Below are positions 28,283 through 38,855 of a DNA stretch of 64,000 nt, in pieces. Position 1 is the first letter of the stretch, and each line of letters begins with the position of its first letter. A program made the translations under genes and the position numbers. A model generated the notes under the pieces. It saw only the letters and a program-made list of their open reading frames with translations, had not been told where the DNA came from and ran no database searches. The DNA is taken from assembly GCA_049320885.1 (NCBI GenBank), contig JBMORA010000042.1:1-64000 (forward strand), in the 5' to 3' direction. The stretch comes from Thermodesulfobacteriota bacterium (GTDB lineage: Bacteria; Desulfobacterota; Desulfobacteria; Desulfobacterales; SURF-7).

Positions 28283-30040
28283 ATGAATTCAATCAGATCT
28301 TACAAACTCATTCAGCCCTTTCTATCGGAAGGCCGTCATGCCATTATCATCGGCATCGCCTGCCTGCTGATCGTGGACGGGCTGCAGCTTTTCATTCCCC
28401 GGGTGGTCAAATGGGCTGTGGATGATGTCACATCCCTCACGGCCGACTTTTCGAAGCTAGGACGATATGCCGCCTGGATCGTGGGGACAGCCGTCGTGAT
28501 AGCCCTGCTTCGCTATGTATGGCGGAGGTGTCTGATCGGCATGTCGCGGCGCGTGGAGGAAGGTCTGCGCAACCTTCTGTTCCAGCATGTCCAAACCCTT
28601 TCGGCATCCTATTTCGATCATACCAGAACCGGCGACCTGATGGCCCATGCCACAAACGATATCAATCACGTGCGGATGGCGGTGGGCATGGGAATGGTGG
28701 CGCTCACCGACGCTGTTTTTCTGGGTGTCGCAGCCACCGGTTTCATGATGTACATTCATGTGAAGTTGACCTTTTTCGCCCTGCTCCCCATGCCGCTGAT
28801 CGTTTTCAGCGCGCGCTTTTTCAGCCGCAGGATGCACCGCAATTACCAGCGGGTTCAGTCCGCTTTTGCGGAAATGACGGAAACCGTCCGGGAAAAATTC
28901 GCCGGGATCCGCATCGTCAAAGCCTATACCCTGGAAACCGCCTCCGCGGAAAAACTGGCGTCCATATCCGAAAAATACGTCCGCCGGAACCTGTCCCTGG
29001 TCCGCATCACCGGTTCCTTCTATCCCCTGATGATCCTGTTCACCAACCTGGCCCTGGTCATGGTCATATTTCTGGGGGGACGACAGACCATCCGGGGCGA
29101 CATCACCACCGGTGATTTCGTCGCCTTCATCAACTATCTCCAGCTGATGACCTGGCCCATGATGGCCCTGGGCTGGGTGACCAATCTGGTTCAGCGCGGC
29201 GCAGCCTCCCTCGACCGCATAAACCATATCCTGCAAACCCGTCCGGAAATAGACGATCCTCCGGCGGCTTCGCCCCTGAAGCCGGTTGCGGGGCATCTTT
29301 GCTTTGAAAATGTATCCTTCTCTTATGAGGCGGGAAAACCGCCGGCCCTGACCGGAGTCAATTTCGCCATGGCTGCCGGGGAAACCCTGGGCATCGTGGG
29401 ACCTCCGGGAAGCGGAAAGACCTCCCTGCTGCGATTGATCCCGCGTCTCTACGATGTTTCCAGCGGACGCATCCTCATCGATGGCATCCCCCTCACGGAA
29501 GTGTCCCTTCCGGATTTGCGCCGTGGAATCGCTTTTATTCCCCAGGAACCGTTTCTCTTTTCGGGCACCATCCGGGAAAATATCTGCCTCGCCTGCGCGG
29601 ATGCCCATCCGGACCGTCTCGACCGGGCTTTGGAAATCGCTCTTATGAAAGAGATGATCGCATCGTTTCCCGCCGGCCTCGATACCCTCGTGGGGGAAAG
29701 GGGCGTCGTGCTTTCCGGTGGACAGAAACAGCGCATCGCCCTGGCCCGGGCGGTTTTTTATGATGCGCCGGTGCTGGTTCTGGATGACCCCATCAGCCAG
29801 GTGGACGCCGCGACAGGCGCGGCCATTATCGACAACCTGCGCGGACTCGGCCGGGAGAAAACCATCCTCATCGTCTCCCACCGATTATCGGCCGTTCGTC
29901 ACGCGGACCGCATCATCGTCATGGAGAACGGCGCCATTATCGACAGCGGGGATCAGGAACTGTTGATGAGCCGGGAGGGAGGGTATTACGCCGCGACCTA
30001 TCGTCTGCAACAACTGGAGGAGGCCTTCCATGCCGCATGA
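28283..30040 (+). CDS. ABC exporter TMD-NBD subunit (degenerate Walker B)
   Basis: Multiple TM segments, GPPGSGKT, LSGGQKQR, LVLDD. Confidence 0.93.
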   Translation: MNSIRSYKLIQPFLSEGRHAIIIGIACLLIVDGLQLFIPRVVKWAVDDVTSLTADFSKLGRYAAWIVGTAVVIALLRYVWRRCLIGMSRRVEEGLRNLLFQHVQTLSASYFDHTRTGDLMAHATNDINHVRMAVGMGMVALTDAVFLGVAATGFMMYIHVKLTFFALLPMPLIVFSARFFSRRMHRNYQRVQSAFAEMTETVREKFAGIRIVKAYTLETASAEKLASISEKYVRRNLSLVRITGSFYPLMILFTNLALVMVIFLGGRQTIRGDITTGDFVAFINYLQLMTWPMMALGWVTNLVQRGAASLDRINHILQTRPEIDDPPAASPLKPVAGHLCFENVSFSYEAGKPPALTGVNFAMAAGETLGIVGPPGSGKTSLLRLIPRLYDVSSGRILIDGIPLTEVSLPDLRRGIAFIPQEPFLFSGTIRENICLACADAHPDRLDRALEIALMKEMIASFPAGLDTLVGERGVVLSGGQKQRIALARAVFYDAPVLVLDDPISQVDAATGAAIIDNLRGLGREKTILIVSHRLSAVRHADRIIVMENGAIIDSGDQELLMSREGGYYAATYRLQQLEEAFHAA

Positions 30041-32006
30041 GCCCGGCGGATTCGGCGAGGAGCAGCTCGGCGACCGGCAGGACATCCGCCTGCTGGGCAG
30101 ACTGTTGCCCTATGCGGCAGGGTATAAATTCCATTTCCTGGTTTCCGTCCTGCTGGTGGTGCTGATCACCCTGCTGGAACTGTCCGTTCCGTATATCACC
30201 AAGCTTGCCATTGACCGCCATATCGTGCCCCGGATGGCCGGTCCGGGGCATCCGGAGCGGAACGCTTCCGGTGAAACCATTCGCTCTTATTATGGAAATC
30301 TTTCCAACGAGGATGTCGCTGACGTCGCCGACCGCTACCCTGCCCTGTTCCACAGGGAAGGCGGATTCGCCGTCATCGCCCATGCGGACTTGCCGCGTCT
30401 CGCGGCGGATGATGTCGGAAAGCTGCGGCAGGACGACCTGAAGGGTGTCACCCGCATGGCGGGTTTGCTGTTGCTCATCGTCTGCGGGAATTTCGGTCTT
30501 GTCTTCTGTCAGGCCATGGTCATGGAATACACCGGCCAGATGATGATGCACCGGTTGCGGGTGGATTTGTTCACCCATATCCAGAAACGCTCCGTGGCCT
30601 TTTTCACCCGCAACCCGGTGGGTCGGCTGGTGACCCGGGTCACCAGCGACATCCAGAACATGCATGAAATGTTCACTTCCGTCGTTTCCTTCATCTTTCA
30701 GGATCTTTTTCTGCTGGCGGGCATTACCGTCATCCTGCTGCTCATTCATTTCAAGCTCGCCTGTATCTGCCTGCTGCTCCTGCCCCTGATGCTCCGAACC
30801 GCCTACCGGTTCGCGGACGTGGCCAGGGGGGCGTTCCGCACCCTGCGGGTCAAAATCGCTGAAATCAACACCCGCTTTTCGGAAACCGTCCAGGGCATGC
30901 ATATTGTTCAGCTTTTCCGTCATGAAACCGAAAATTACCGCACTTTCGAAAGCCTGAACCATGAACACTATCTGGCGGGAATGAAACAGGTGCATGTATT
31001 CGCCGTTTTCATGCCCCTGATCGAATTGCTGGGATCCGTGGCCCTGGCATTGGTCATTTATTTCGGCGGCATCGGCACCATGGAACGCACCATCAGTTTA
31101 GGAGATCTGGTGGCCTTCATTTCCTATATGCGCATGTTTTTCCGGCCCATCCGGGATATGGCGGAAAAATTCAATATTCTCCAGAACGCCATGTCCTCGG
31201 CCGAACGGATCTTCCTGATTCTGGACAACCGCGACCAGGAGGAACACCCGGTTATCGGCCATGGCGGCGCGGCCCTCGCCCACCTCAGCGAGCTGTCGTT
31301 CGAGGAGGTTCATTTCGCTTACAACCCACGGGAAACCGTTCTGACGGGTGTGTCCTTCACCATCCGCGCCGGAGAAACCCTGGCCATTGTAGGCCCCACC
31401 GGTGCCGGCAAAACCTCGCTGATCAATCTGATCGTCGGCTTTTACAAACCCGAGTCCGGAAGGATCCTGCTGAACGGCCGTGACATCCGCTCCTATCCCC
31501 TGTCCTCCGTCCGGAAACGGATCGCCCTGGTTCCCCAGGACCCCTTCCTGTTTTCCGGCACGGTAAGGGAAAACCTCTTCGCCGGACAAACCGGATTGAC
31601 AAGACCGGAAATGGACCGAGTACTTGACGCAGCCAATTGCCGGGACCTGGTGGAGCGGTTGCCGGATGGAATCGACACGGAACTGTCCGAAAGCGGGGAA
31701 TCCCTCTCCAGCGGCGAACGCCAGCTCCTGTCCATCGCCCGGGCGTTTGCCGCCAACCCCGACCTGATCATCCTGGACGAAGCCACGTCGTATATCGATT
31801 CGGCCTCCGAACGGAGAATTCAGCTGGCCCTGGACAATCTGTTGACCAACCGGACCGCCATCATCATCGCCCATCGCCTTTCCACGGCCCGGACCGCGAA
31901 CCGCATCCTGACCCTTCACCATGGGCGGATCATCGAATCCGGCACCCATGAGGAACTGATGAAAAGCGGTGGTTTTTATTACAATCTGAACCGAATGGAG
32001 CGCTGA
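30030..32006 (+). CDS. ABC exporter TMD-NBD partner subunit (MdlAB/YheIH-type heterodimer)
   Basis: GPTGAGKT, LSSGERQ, ILDEATS, IAHRLST; overlaps the upstream gene. Confidence 0.93.
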   Translation: MPHEPGGFGEEQLGDRQDIRLLGRLLPYAAGYKFHFLVSVLLVVLITLLELSVPYITKLAIDRHIVPRMAGPGHPERNASGETIRSYYGNLSNEDVADVADRYPALFHREGGFAVIAHADLPRLAADDVGKLRQDDLKGVTRMAGLLLLIVCGNFGLVFCQAMVMEYTGQMMMHRLRVDLFTHIQKRSVAFFTRNPVGRLVTRVTSDIQNMHEMFTSVVSFIFQDLFLLAGITVILLLIHFKLACICLLLLPLMLRTAYRFADVARGAFRTLRVKIAEINTRFSETVQGMHIVQLFRHETENYRTFESLNHEHYLAGMKQVHVFAVFMPLIELLGSVALALVIYFGGIGTMERTISLGDLVAFISYMRMFFRPIRDMAEKFNILQNAMSSAERIFLILDNRDQEEHPVIGHGGAALAHLSELSFEEVHFAYNPRETVLTGVSFTIRAGETLAIVGPTGAGKTSLINLIVGFYKPESGRILLNGRDIRSYPLSSVRKRIALVPQDPFLFSGTVRENLFAGQTGLTRPEMDRVLDAANCRDLVERLPDGIDTELSESGESLSSGERQLLSIARAFAANPDLIILDEATSYIDSASERRIQLALDNLLTNRTAIIIAHRLSTARTANRILTLHHGRIIESGTHEELMKSGGFYYNLNRMER

Positions 32007-32151
32007 AACGGGTTATATAATGCTTGCCAAAATAATTTCCCCATGATAGGAAGCTAATTTTAATTTAGATTTGGATTTTAACTTATCAGATTTTAAGACA
32101 AAATAAACTCGATAGCCCTAACACCAAACCCTATGAAGGAGGAGCAAGACT

Positions 32152-33915
32152 ATGCCGTATGATGCGACTAAAATGGCCGACTGGCAGATTTCCGAAGAGG
32201 CCGAAAAAAACATGCCGACGCCGGAGCAATGGCGTGACAAACTGGGTCTGAAATCCGACGAAATGCTGCCCATGGGCCGGCTTTCCAAAATCGACTTCCT
32301 CAAGGTCATCAACCGTCTCAAGGGAAAACCGGATGGCAAATATATCGAAGTGACCGCCATTACCCCCACCCCCCTGGGAGAAGGTAAGAGCACCACCTCC
32401 GTGGGCATCATGGAAGGCCTGGGCAAACGGGGAAAAAACGTCGGCGGCGCCCTGCGTCAGCCTTCCGGCGGCCCCACCATGAACGTCAAAGGCACGGCGG
32501 CAGGCGGCGGCAACGCCCTGCTGATCCCCATGACCGAGTTCTCCCTGGGACTTACCGGCGACATCAACGACATCATGAACGCCCACAACCTGGGCATGGT
32601 GGCCATGACGTCCCGCATGCAGCATGAGCGCAACTACAACGACGAACAGCTGGCCCGCCTCACCGGCATGCGCCGTCTGGACATCGATCCCACCCGGGTG
32701 GAATTCGGCTGGATCATCGACTTCTGCGCCCAGGCTCTGCGCAATATCATCATCGGCCTCGGCGGCCGCACCGACGGCTATACCATGCAGTCCAAATTCG
32801 GCATCGCCGTGGGTTCGGAACTGATGGCCATCCTGGCTGTCGCCACCGACCTCGCCGACCTGAAGGAAAGAATCAACAACATCACCGTGGCCTTTGACAA
32901 GAGCGGCAAGCCGGTCACCTGCCGCGACCTGGAAGTGGGCAACGCCATGGCGGCCTTCATGCGCAACACCATCAACCCCACCCTGATGAGCACCGCCGAA
33001 TATCAACCCTGCTTCGTGCATGCCGGCCCCTTCGCCAACATCGCCGTGGGTCAGAGCTCCATCATCGCCGACCGCGTGGGTTTGAAATTGTTTGATTATC
33101 ATGTCACCGAGTCCGGGTTCGCCGCCGATATCGGTTTCGAAAAATTCTGGAACGTGAAATGCCGCTTCAGCGGCCTGAAACCCCATGTTTCCATCCTGAC
33201 CTCCACCATCCGCGCCTTGAAAATGCATGGCGGCGGACCCAAGGTCGTGGCCGGCAAAGCCCTGCCCGAAGAGTACACCAAGGAAAATATCGGCCTAGTG
33301 GAAAAAGGCTGCGCCAACATGGTTCACATGATCAACATCATCCGCAAGGCCGGCATCAACCCAGTGGTCTGCGTCAACCGTTTCCACACCGATACGGATG
33401 CCGAAGTGGCCGCGGTCAAAAAAGCCGCCGAGGCCGCCGGCGCCCGTTGCGCCGAGTCCAACCACTGGCTCAAGGGCGGCGAAGGCGCCCTGGAACTGGC
33501 TGACGCCGTCATCGATGCCTGCAATGAAAAGAACGACTTCAAATACCTCTATCCGCTGGAAATGAAACTGCGCGACCGCGTGGAACTCATCGCCAAGGAA
33601 GTTTACGGCGCCGACGGTGTGGATTGGTTGCCGGAAGCCACGGCCAAGGCCGAGATGCTGGAAAAAGATTCCAAATACGCCGATTTCGCCACCATGATGG
33701 TCAAGACCCACTTGAGCCTGACCCATGATCCGGTCCGAAAAGGCGTTCCCAAGGGATGGCGGCTGCCCATCCGTGACATCCTGATTTACTCCGGCGCCAA
33801 GTTCCTCTGCCCCTGCGCCGGCACCATCAGCCTGATGCCCGGCACCAGCTCCAACCCGGCTTTCCGCCGCATCGACGTGGATCCGGTCACCGGCAAGGTA
33901 AGCGGCCTGTTCTAA
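32152..33915 (+). CDS. fhs: Formate--tetrahydrofolate ligase
   Basis: [47 protein letters not shown]; strongly biased codon usage. Confidence 0.97.
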   Translation: MPYDATKMADWQISEEAEKNMPTPEQWRDKLGLKSDEMLPMGRLSKIDFLKVINRLKGKPDGKYIEVTAITPTPLGEGKSTTSVGIMEGLGKRGKNVGGALRQPSGGPTMNVKGTAAGGGNALLIPMTEFSLGLTGDINDIMNAHNLGMVAMTSRMQHERNYNDEQLARLTGMRRLDIDPTRVEFGWIIDFCAQALRNIIIGLGGRTDGYTMQSKFGIAVGSELMAILAVATDLADLKERINNITVAFDKSGKPVTCRDLEVGNAMAAFMRNTINPTLMSTAEYQPCFVHAGPFANIAVGQSSIIADRVGLKLFDYHVTESGFAADIGFEKFWNVKCRFSGLKPHVSILTSTIRALKMHGGGPKVVAGKALPEEYTKENIGLVEKGCANMVHMINIIRKAGINPVVCVNRFHTDTDAEVAAVKKAAEAAGARCAESNHWLKGGEGALELADAVIDACNEKNDFKYLYPLEMKLRDRVELIAKEVYGADGVDWLPEATAKAEMLEKDSKYADFATMMVKTHLSLTHDPVRKGVPKGWRLPIRDILIYSGAKFLCPCAGTISLMPGTSSNPAFRRIDVDPVTGKVSGLF

Positions 33916-33967
33916 CGAATAAGGTTCGCCGATCGAATACCGGCGAGCGATATCGTCAGTACCATCA

Positions 33968-33999
33968 CAGCCCGGGAGGTTTCTCCCGGGCTGTTTTTT
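33968..33999 (+). terminator. Rho-independent terminator after fhs
   Basis: CAGCCCGGGAG-GTTT-CTCCCGGGCTG followed by T6. Confidence 0.85.
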
Positions 34000-34019
34000 G
34001 GGTCGATAAGGAGGAAACC

Positions 34020-34250
34020 ATGTTTCATCATGTTCACCATGTACATCTTTTTGCATCCGACATCCAAAAAAGCCTGCAATTTTATCAGGATTTTTTCGGC
34101 GGTGAGATCGTTCTGGATCTGGAAGTCGCCGACGCCCGCAGCGTGTTCATGTGAGTGGGCGACGGCCGGGTTCATTTTTACGATCAATCGCCGAAAACGC
34201 CGGGGCCGGGAAGCATCCACCATTTCGGCATTCAGGCGGATGATATAGGG
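34020..34250 (+). pseudogene. VOC/glyoxalase-family pseudogene
   Basis: RBS AAGGAGG; MFHHVHHVHLFASDIQKSLQFYQDFFG; in-frame TGA at 34152, then a frameshift near 34178 restoring YDQSP...IHHFGIQADD; C-terminus missing. Confidence 0.75.
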
Positions 34251-34347
34251 CGGGATACCACGACTATTTCCCCTGATGCCGCCCCTGACCTTCGTTCCCC
34301 CCATCCCCAACGAGAGGTTTGAAGGACACACGCTTATAAAGGAATCC

Positions 34348-36675
34348 CTATTCGACCAGCCATGGGCTATCCACTCGTATCACGATGGGTTCAGAGGCGA
34401 CTTCGCGTCCGGCTCCGTCCGTGACATACAAGGTGACAGAGTAACTACCCGGCGTACTGAAAAGAACATCCCGCGGGTTTACTGATCCCTTTGCTGTTGT
34501 TGCACCTCCGCCGAAGTCCCACATATAGCTGAACGGAGCCAAACCGCCATCAACTTGTCCCTTGAAAGTCAATTTTCCGCCTGCCGTAATGGTGGTATCG
34601 TTGATCGGCGATGTAATAGAAACCTTCGGCGGATCAGGAAGCTTTGACAACACCGTGACCACAATGAAACGGCTAGTGTCCATACCTTTATCATCCGTCA
34701 CCGTGAAAGTTGCCCTATATGTTCCCCCATCTTTAAACAGGACATTGCCGGCTTCCTCACTGGTTATGCTGGCTGCTGCGCCTTGGAAATCCCATAAATA
34801 TCGAAAAGGCGGATAAAAGCCAGACCCCGCGCCTTTGAAATCGACGGGTTGTCCAGCCTCAACGATGACATTACCTTTGGGATAAATAATGGAAGCGGAA
34901 AGATTATAAACGACGGTCGGATCATGGGTGTCTTCATCCGAACCGATTCCAAGCTGCCCGTAAGCATTGGATCCCCAAGTCCAGAGAGTGCCGTCCTTCT
35001 TCCGCGCCATTGAATGACGGCCACCACCAGCCACAGCATCCCATTGATTATCATTTCCCACTTGCACCGGTGTGTAAAAATTCCGACTCGCCAGTTGCAC
35101 ACCGAGTTGTCCATATTGATTATCTCCCCAGGTCCAAAGGCTGCCGTCCGTCTTTATTGCGAGAGTATGAAGCCCTCCGGCTGCGATCATGCCCCAGTCG
35201 TTTTCCAATCCCACCTGAATGGGAACATTTGAACCAGGGACGATCAGACTGCCGAGCTGTCCGGAACCATTGTAACCCCAAGTCCAGATTGTGCCGTTCT
35301 TTTTATGCCCTATGGAGTGATAGTAACCTGCATCGACAAAATCCCAATCTTCGTCGAATCCGATCTGTATCGGGATCATGCTTTCATTTTCAGAACCGTT
35401 TCCAAGTTGTCCATACCGGTTTTCCCCCCAGGCCCAAAGCGTGCCGTCATTCTTGACCGCAACAACATGGCTCTTGCCAGCTGCGATATAACTCCAGTCT
35501 GCATCCGATCCCACCTGCACTGGATGATCGGCCTTCTTCATGTTGCCGATCCCTAACTGCCCGGAATCGTTGTACCCCCAAGCCCATAGTGTGCCATTTG
35601 TTTTCAGTGCGACGGAAAAATGTTCTCCGGTAGTAATGAAACGCCAATCCGTATCATTTCCAAACCTTACGGGATGATTACAAACCTCGATCGAGGTATC
35701 GCCGACTTGGTTATAAAAATTGCGCCCCCAGGCCCAAAGCGAACCATCAAACTTCATTGCAATACAATGATATTCGCTTACCGCAACAATTTTCCAATTG
35801 CTGTCATACCCAACCTGAAATGGAATAATGGAATTTTCAAACGTATCATTGCCTATCTGCCCCGACCAGTTATCACCCCACACCCAAAGCGTGCCATCGA
35901 TTTTTCGGGCCAAGGTGTTCTTGATCCCCGCTGAAATCGTACCATAGGCTTTAAAAAGGAAATCGGGCTCAGTTATAACTTCAGGGGCTTCATTAACTGT
36001 AATCTGTAATTCTTCCGAGTCGGCAGTGGCGCCTCCCGAATCATAAGCGGTAAAGAGGACAGAATAGGCACCCGGAATGTCAAAACGGATATTACGGGGG
36101 TTCAGTTCTGTGACATTATTCGCCCCATCACCAAAATTCCAGGAATACCGATAAGGAGGAACACCTCCAGAAACCAGTGCCTGGAAACTGATCGATTCCC
36201 CGGCGACAATGATCGTGCTCCCTGACGGAGAAATGATTGATGCCTCAAGAGGATCCGGCACTTCCGGTAAAGCGACTACCACCACTACGATACTTGATTG
36301 GTCTCGAACTCCATCCGCATCGGTTACGGCAAACGAAACCGTGTATGTCCCTGCCTCAAAAAAGAAAATATCTCCCGGGTCTTTAACAGCGAGATCTTCC
36401 GCATCGTTGTTGAAATCCCAGTCGTATTCAAAAGGAGCCACTCCACCTGAAATGGAACCTTCAAAATGGACCGACTGACCTTCTACGATGTATACTTGGC
36501 TTTTTGCGGGAGAAATAATTTCCGCGGAAAGGGATTCGACTCCCGCCGGTCGTTCCTGGGGGGCGCTGCCCGCGCTTCCGGAATCATCCGAATCGTCCGA
36601 ACAGCCGAAAAACAATGCCGACAATACCAGCAAAAGGATTACCGTCCTTGATAAAATGGCAGTCTGCGTCGACAT
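34348..36675 (-). CDS. Lipoprotein with PKD domains flanking an RCC1/BLIP-II beta-propeller
   Basis: Lipobox LFFGC; YxWDF..GxYxVxxxVTD units; repeated H.A.K.DGTLW.WG.N..GQLG. Confidence 0.9.
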   Translation of the reverse strand: MSTQTAILSRTVILLLVLSALFFGCSDDSDDSGSAGSAPQERPAGVESLSAEIISPAKSQVYIVEGQSVHFEGSISGGVAPFEYDWDFNNDAEDLAVKDPGDIFFFEAGTYTVSFAVTDADGVRDQSSIVVVVVALPEVPDPLEASIISPSGSTIIVAGESISFQALVSGGVPPYRYSWNFGDGANNVTELNPRNIRFDIPGAYSVLFTAYDSGGATADSEELQITVNEAPEVITEPDFLFKAYGTISAGIKNTLARKIDGTLWVWGDNWSGQIGNDTFENSIIPFQVGYDSNWKIVAVSEYHCIAMKFDGSLWAWGRNFYNQVGDTSIEVCNHPVRFGNDTDWRFITTGEHFSVALKTNGTLWAWGYNDSGQLGIGNMKKADHPVQVGSDADWSYIAAGKSHVVAVKNDGTLWAWGENRYGQLGNGSENESMIPIQIGFDEDWDFVDAGYYHSIGHKKNGTIWTWGYNGSGQLGSLIVPGSNVPIQVGLENDWGMIAAGGLHTLAIKTDGSLWTWGDNQYGQLGVQLASRNFYTPVQVGNDNQWDAVAGGGRHSMARKKDGTLWTWGSNAYGQLGIGSDEDTHDPTVVYNLSASIIYPKGNVIVEAGQPVDFKGAGSGFYPPFRYLWDFQGAAASITSEEAGNVLFKDGGTYRATFTVTDDKGMDTSRFIVVTVLSKLPDPPKVSITSPINDTTITAGGKLTFKGQVDGGLAPFSYMWDFGGGATTAKGSVNPRDVLFSTPGSYSVTLYVTDGAGREVASEPIVIRVDSPWLVE

Positions 36676-37103
36676 ACAATCCCTCCCTTCGACCGTTTGG
36701 GTTGCATTTCAGAACACTGTATTTACATGATTTTATAGAATAATTTTTCTTTATACCAGATACCATCATAAGTCAAAAATAATATCCTATAATGCTGTAA
36801 TAATTGTAAATAAGCTGACCAGCAAAGAAGCGAACCGTGATTTAAGTAAGCATGGACGCAACATGAACCGCAAGCCATTGTTTTCCATCGGGTCCGTCTG
36901 AATTGTGATCGGTATTATCGGGCTCCGCGAGAAAATAAGCCCTTGCAATTCTGCCGAAGTACTTGTTTCCGTGCAGGAATTATTCTTTTGAATTTTTCTC
37001 TGATATTCGCTACTATTTTTTCTATCGCTGTCAGTGGCATCAAAACTCTCTCCTGGTTTTTTTGTTTGACCGCGAAACACCATATGATTGAAAAGGTGGA
37101 ATC

Positions 37104-37673
37104 ATGCGCTGGAAAAAATGGCTGGTAGCGATAGTATCCTCCGTCTTATTTTTTCCCGTGAGTTGCGCCACCGGGCTTGTGGTGGGGACCAAGGTCATTG
37201 CCAAACTGGATGAACGGGATGCGCGCAAGGGCGATCCAGTACACACACGCTTTTCCGTGGTGCTGGAATCATCCGGCGAGAGCGGCCCGCTGCAACTCCT
37301 GCGCCTGGAAGACGCGACCCGGCAGGAAAGCGACATGAAAGGCAAGTCCTTCCGGATGTCCAGACCGGACGGCAGTCTGGATACCGGCCATTCCCATGTC
37401 ACCTACCGGGTGCTCGATGATTTCGATACCGGGCAGTTGGTCGAAGTAGTCGAATCCTACCGGGACGGCGACCTCACCATCTGGAGCCGCTACCGGGCGA
37501 CCCCGTCGACCGTCACCCCCGAATTTTCGAAAATGTTCTATTTCGGCTATATGTTTCAGGCCGGCCCCTATGCTGTTGTCGCGGCCCTGCTGCTGTATCT
37601 CATCGGACGATACGCCAAGAGACGTCTCAATCAGCCCAATGCCAAAACTGTAATAGGAGAAAAGCGCCCATGA
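37104..37673 (+). CDS. Hypothetical membrane protein
   Basis: N- and C-terminal hydrophobic segments; overlaps the next start (ATGA). Confidence 0.7.
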   Translation: MRWKKWLVAIVSSVLFFPVSCATGLVVGTKVIAKLDERDARKGDPVHTRFSVVLESSGESGPLQLLRLEDATRQESDMKGKSFRMSRPDGSLDTGHSHVTYRVLDDFDTGQLVEVVESYRDGDLTIWSRYRATPSTVTPEFSKMFYFGYMFQAGPYAVVAALLLYLIGRYAKRRLNQPNAKTVIGEKRP

Positions 37674-38452
37674 CGGAAGGAAACAGCACGCATGAAGCGA
37701 TGGACAACCGACGGTTGATCGGTGACGGCACATTCCGCTTCGCCTGCCACAGCGGGGTGGCCTGTTACAGGAGATGCTGCCACAACGTGGACATGTATCT
37801 CTATCCCATCGACATCGTCCGCTTGAAAAATCGGCTTTCCATGACCTCAACGGCTTTTTTGTCCGGCCATACGATCACGGCTTTTCGGGAAAATCCCTAT
37901 TTCCCCAATGTGATGATGAAAATGAGCGACCAACCTGGAAAACCCTGCGCTTTCTTGTCGGAGGACGGCTGCACGGTATACGCAGACCGTCCCTATTCCT
38001 GCCGCGCCTACCCAGTTGAGCCGGCCTTTTTCGGCGATACGGATGACCGCTTCCAGATTGTCTGCTACCTGTCTCGCCACGACTACTGCCTTGGTCACCA
38101 TCAGGAACAGGAATGGACCGCCCAGAAATGGATGGACAACCAGCAGATGACCGACTACAACGAATTCAACGCCATGTGGGCGCAAATGGATTCCTTGTTT
38201 CGCACCAACCCCTTCGGTCCGGAAGGCATCAACAGCCCGGCGCTGAAAATGGCCTTTATGGCCTGTTACGACATCGACGCACTCCGCCGTTTTGTTTTCG
38301 AAAGCAGCTTCCTGGCACGCTTCCATGTTGCGGAAAACCGCCTGGAAACGATCCGCCAAAGCGATATCGAACTGTTGCGCCTGGGCTTCGACTGGACCCG
38401 GTGTTTCCTCTTCGGCCAGGGACCGCTTCGCAAACGGCGCAGGCCGGAATAA
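37670..38452 (+). CDS. YkgJ-family cysteine-cluster protein (long form)
   Basis: FRFACHSGVACYRRCC, CAFL...GCTVYADRPYSCRAYP, CLG. Confidence 0.88.
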   Translation: MTEGNSTHEAMDNRRLIGDGTFRFACHSGVACYRRCCHNVDMYLYPIDIVRLKNRLSMTSTAFLSGHTITAFRENPYFPNVMMKMSDQPGKPCAFLSEDGCTVYADRPYSCRAYPVEPAFFGDTDDRFQIVCYLSRHDYCLGHHQEQEWTAQKWMDNQQMTDYNEFNAMWAQMDSLFRTNPFGPEGINSPALKMAFMACYDIDALRRFVFESSFLARFHVAENRLETIRQSDIELLRLGFDWTRCFLFGQGPLRKRRRPE

Positions 38453-38578
38453 TCAATGCATTGAAAATTACGTCATCCCTGAACACAAAAATTCCAACCG
38501 GTTTGCTTGGCGGTTGACCTGCAGGTGTTTTTCCATTATACAAAACCAAAACGAAATACCAGCCATTCGATTGAGGTC

Positions 38579-38842
38579 ATGAAAAAACACACCCATCATT
38601 TCGTAGATACTTACCAGGGGCTGGGCGCTTTTGGAATGGACCGGGGAACCGACGAGGAAACCATCATTTTCTACCTCCAGAAATTTTCCGACGACACCCT
38701 GATCAGCGCCCTTATCAAACGCATGTCGGATACGGAACTGAATGAGATCTACATGCTGATCAACCGCATGCTGAAAGCCCACCTCTCCGAGACGGAATAC
38801 CACCGGCTGTTTTTGAAAGACGGAACCCACGACCATCCATAA
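38579..38842 (+). CDS. Conserved small cytoplasmic protein
   Basis: RBS GAGG; MKKHTHHFVDTY...YLQKFSDD...HLSETEYHRLFLKD. Confidence 0.75.
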   Translation: MKKHTHHFVDTYQGLGAFGMDRGTDEETIIFYLQKFSDDTLISALIKRMSDTELNEIYMLINRMLKAHLSETEYHRLFLKDGTHDHP

Positions 38843-38855
38843 AAAAGGAAAATTC

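Noticed and set aside
34152..34154. In-frame TGA as selenocysteine
   Set aside because: An additional frameshift and truncation follow, and the position looks like CGA(Arg) to TGA decay.
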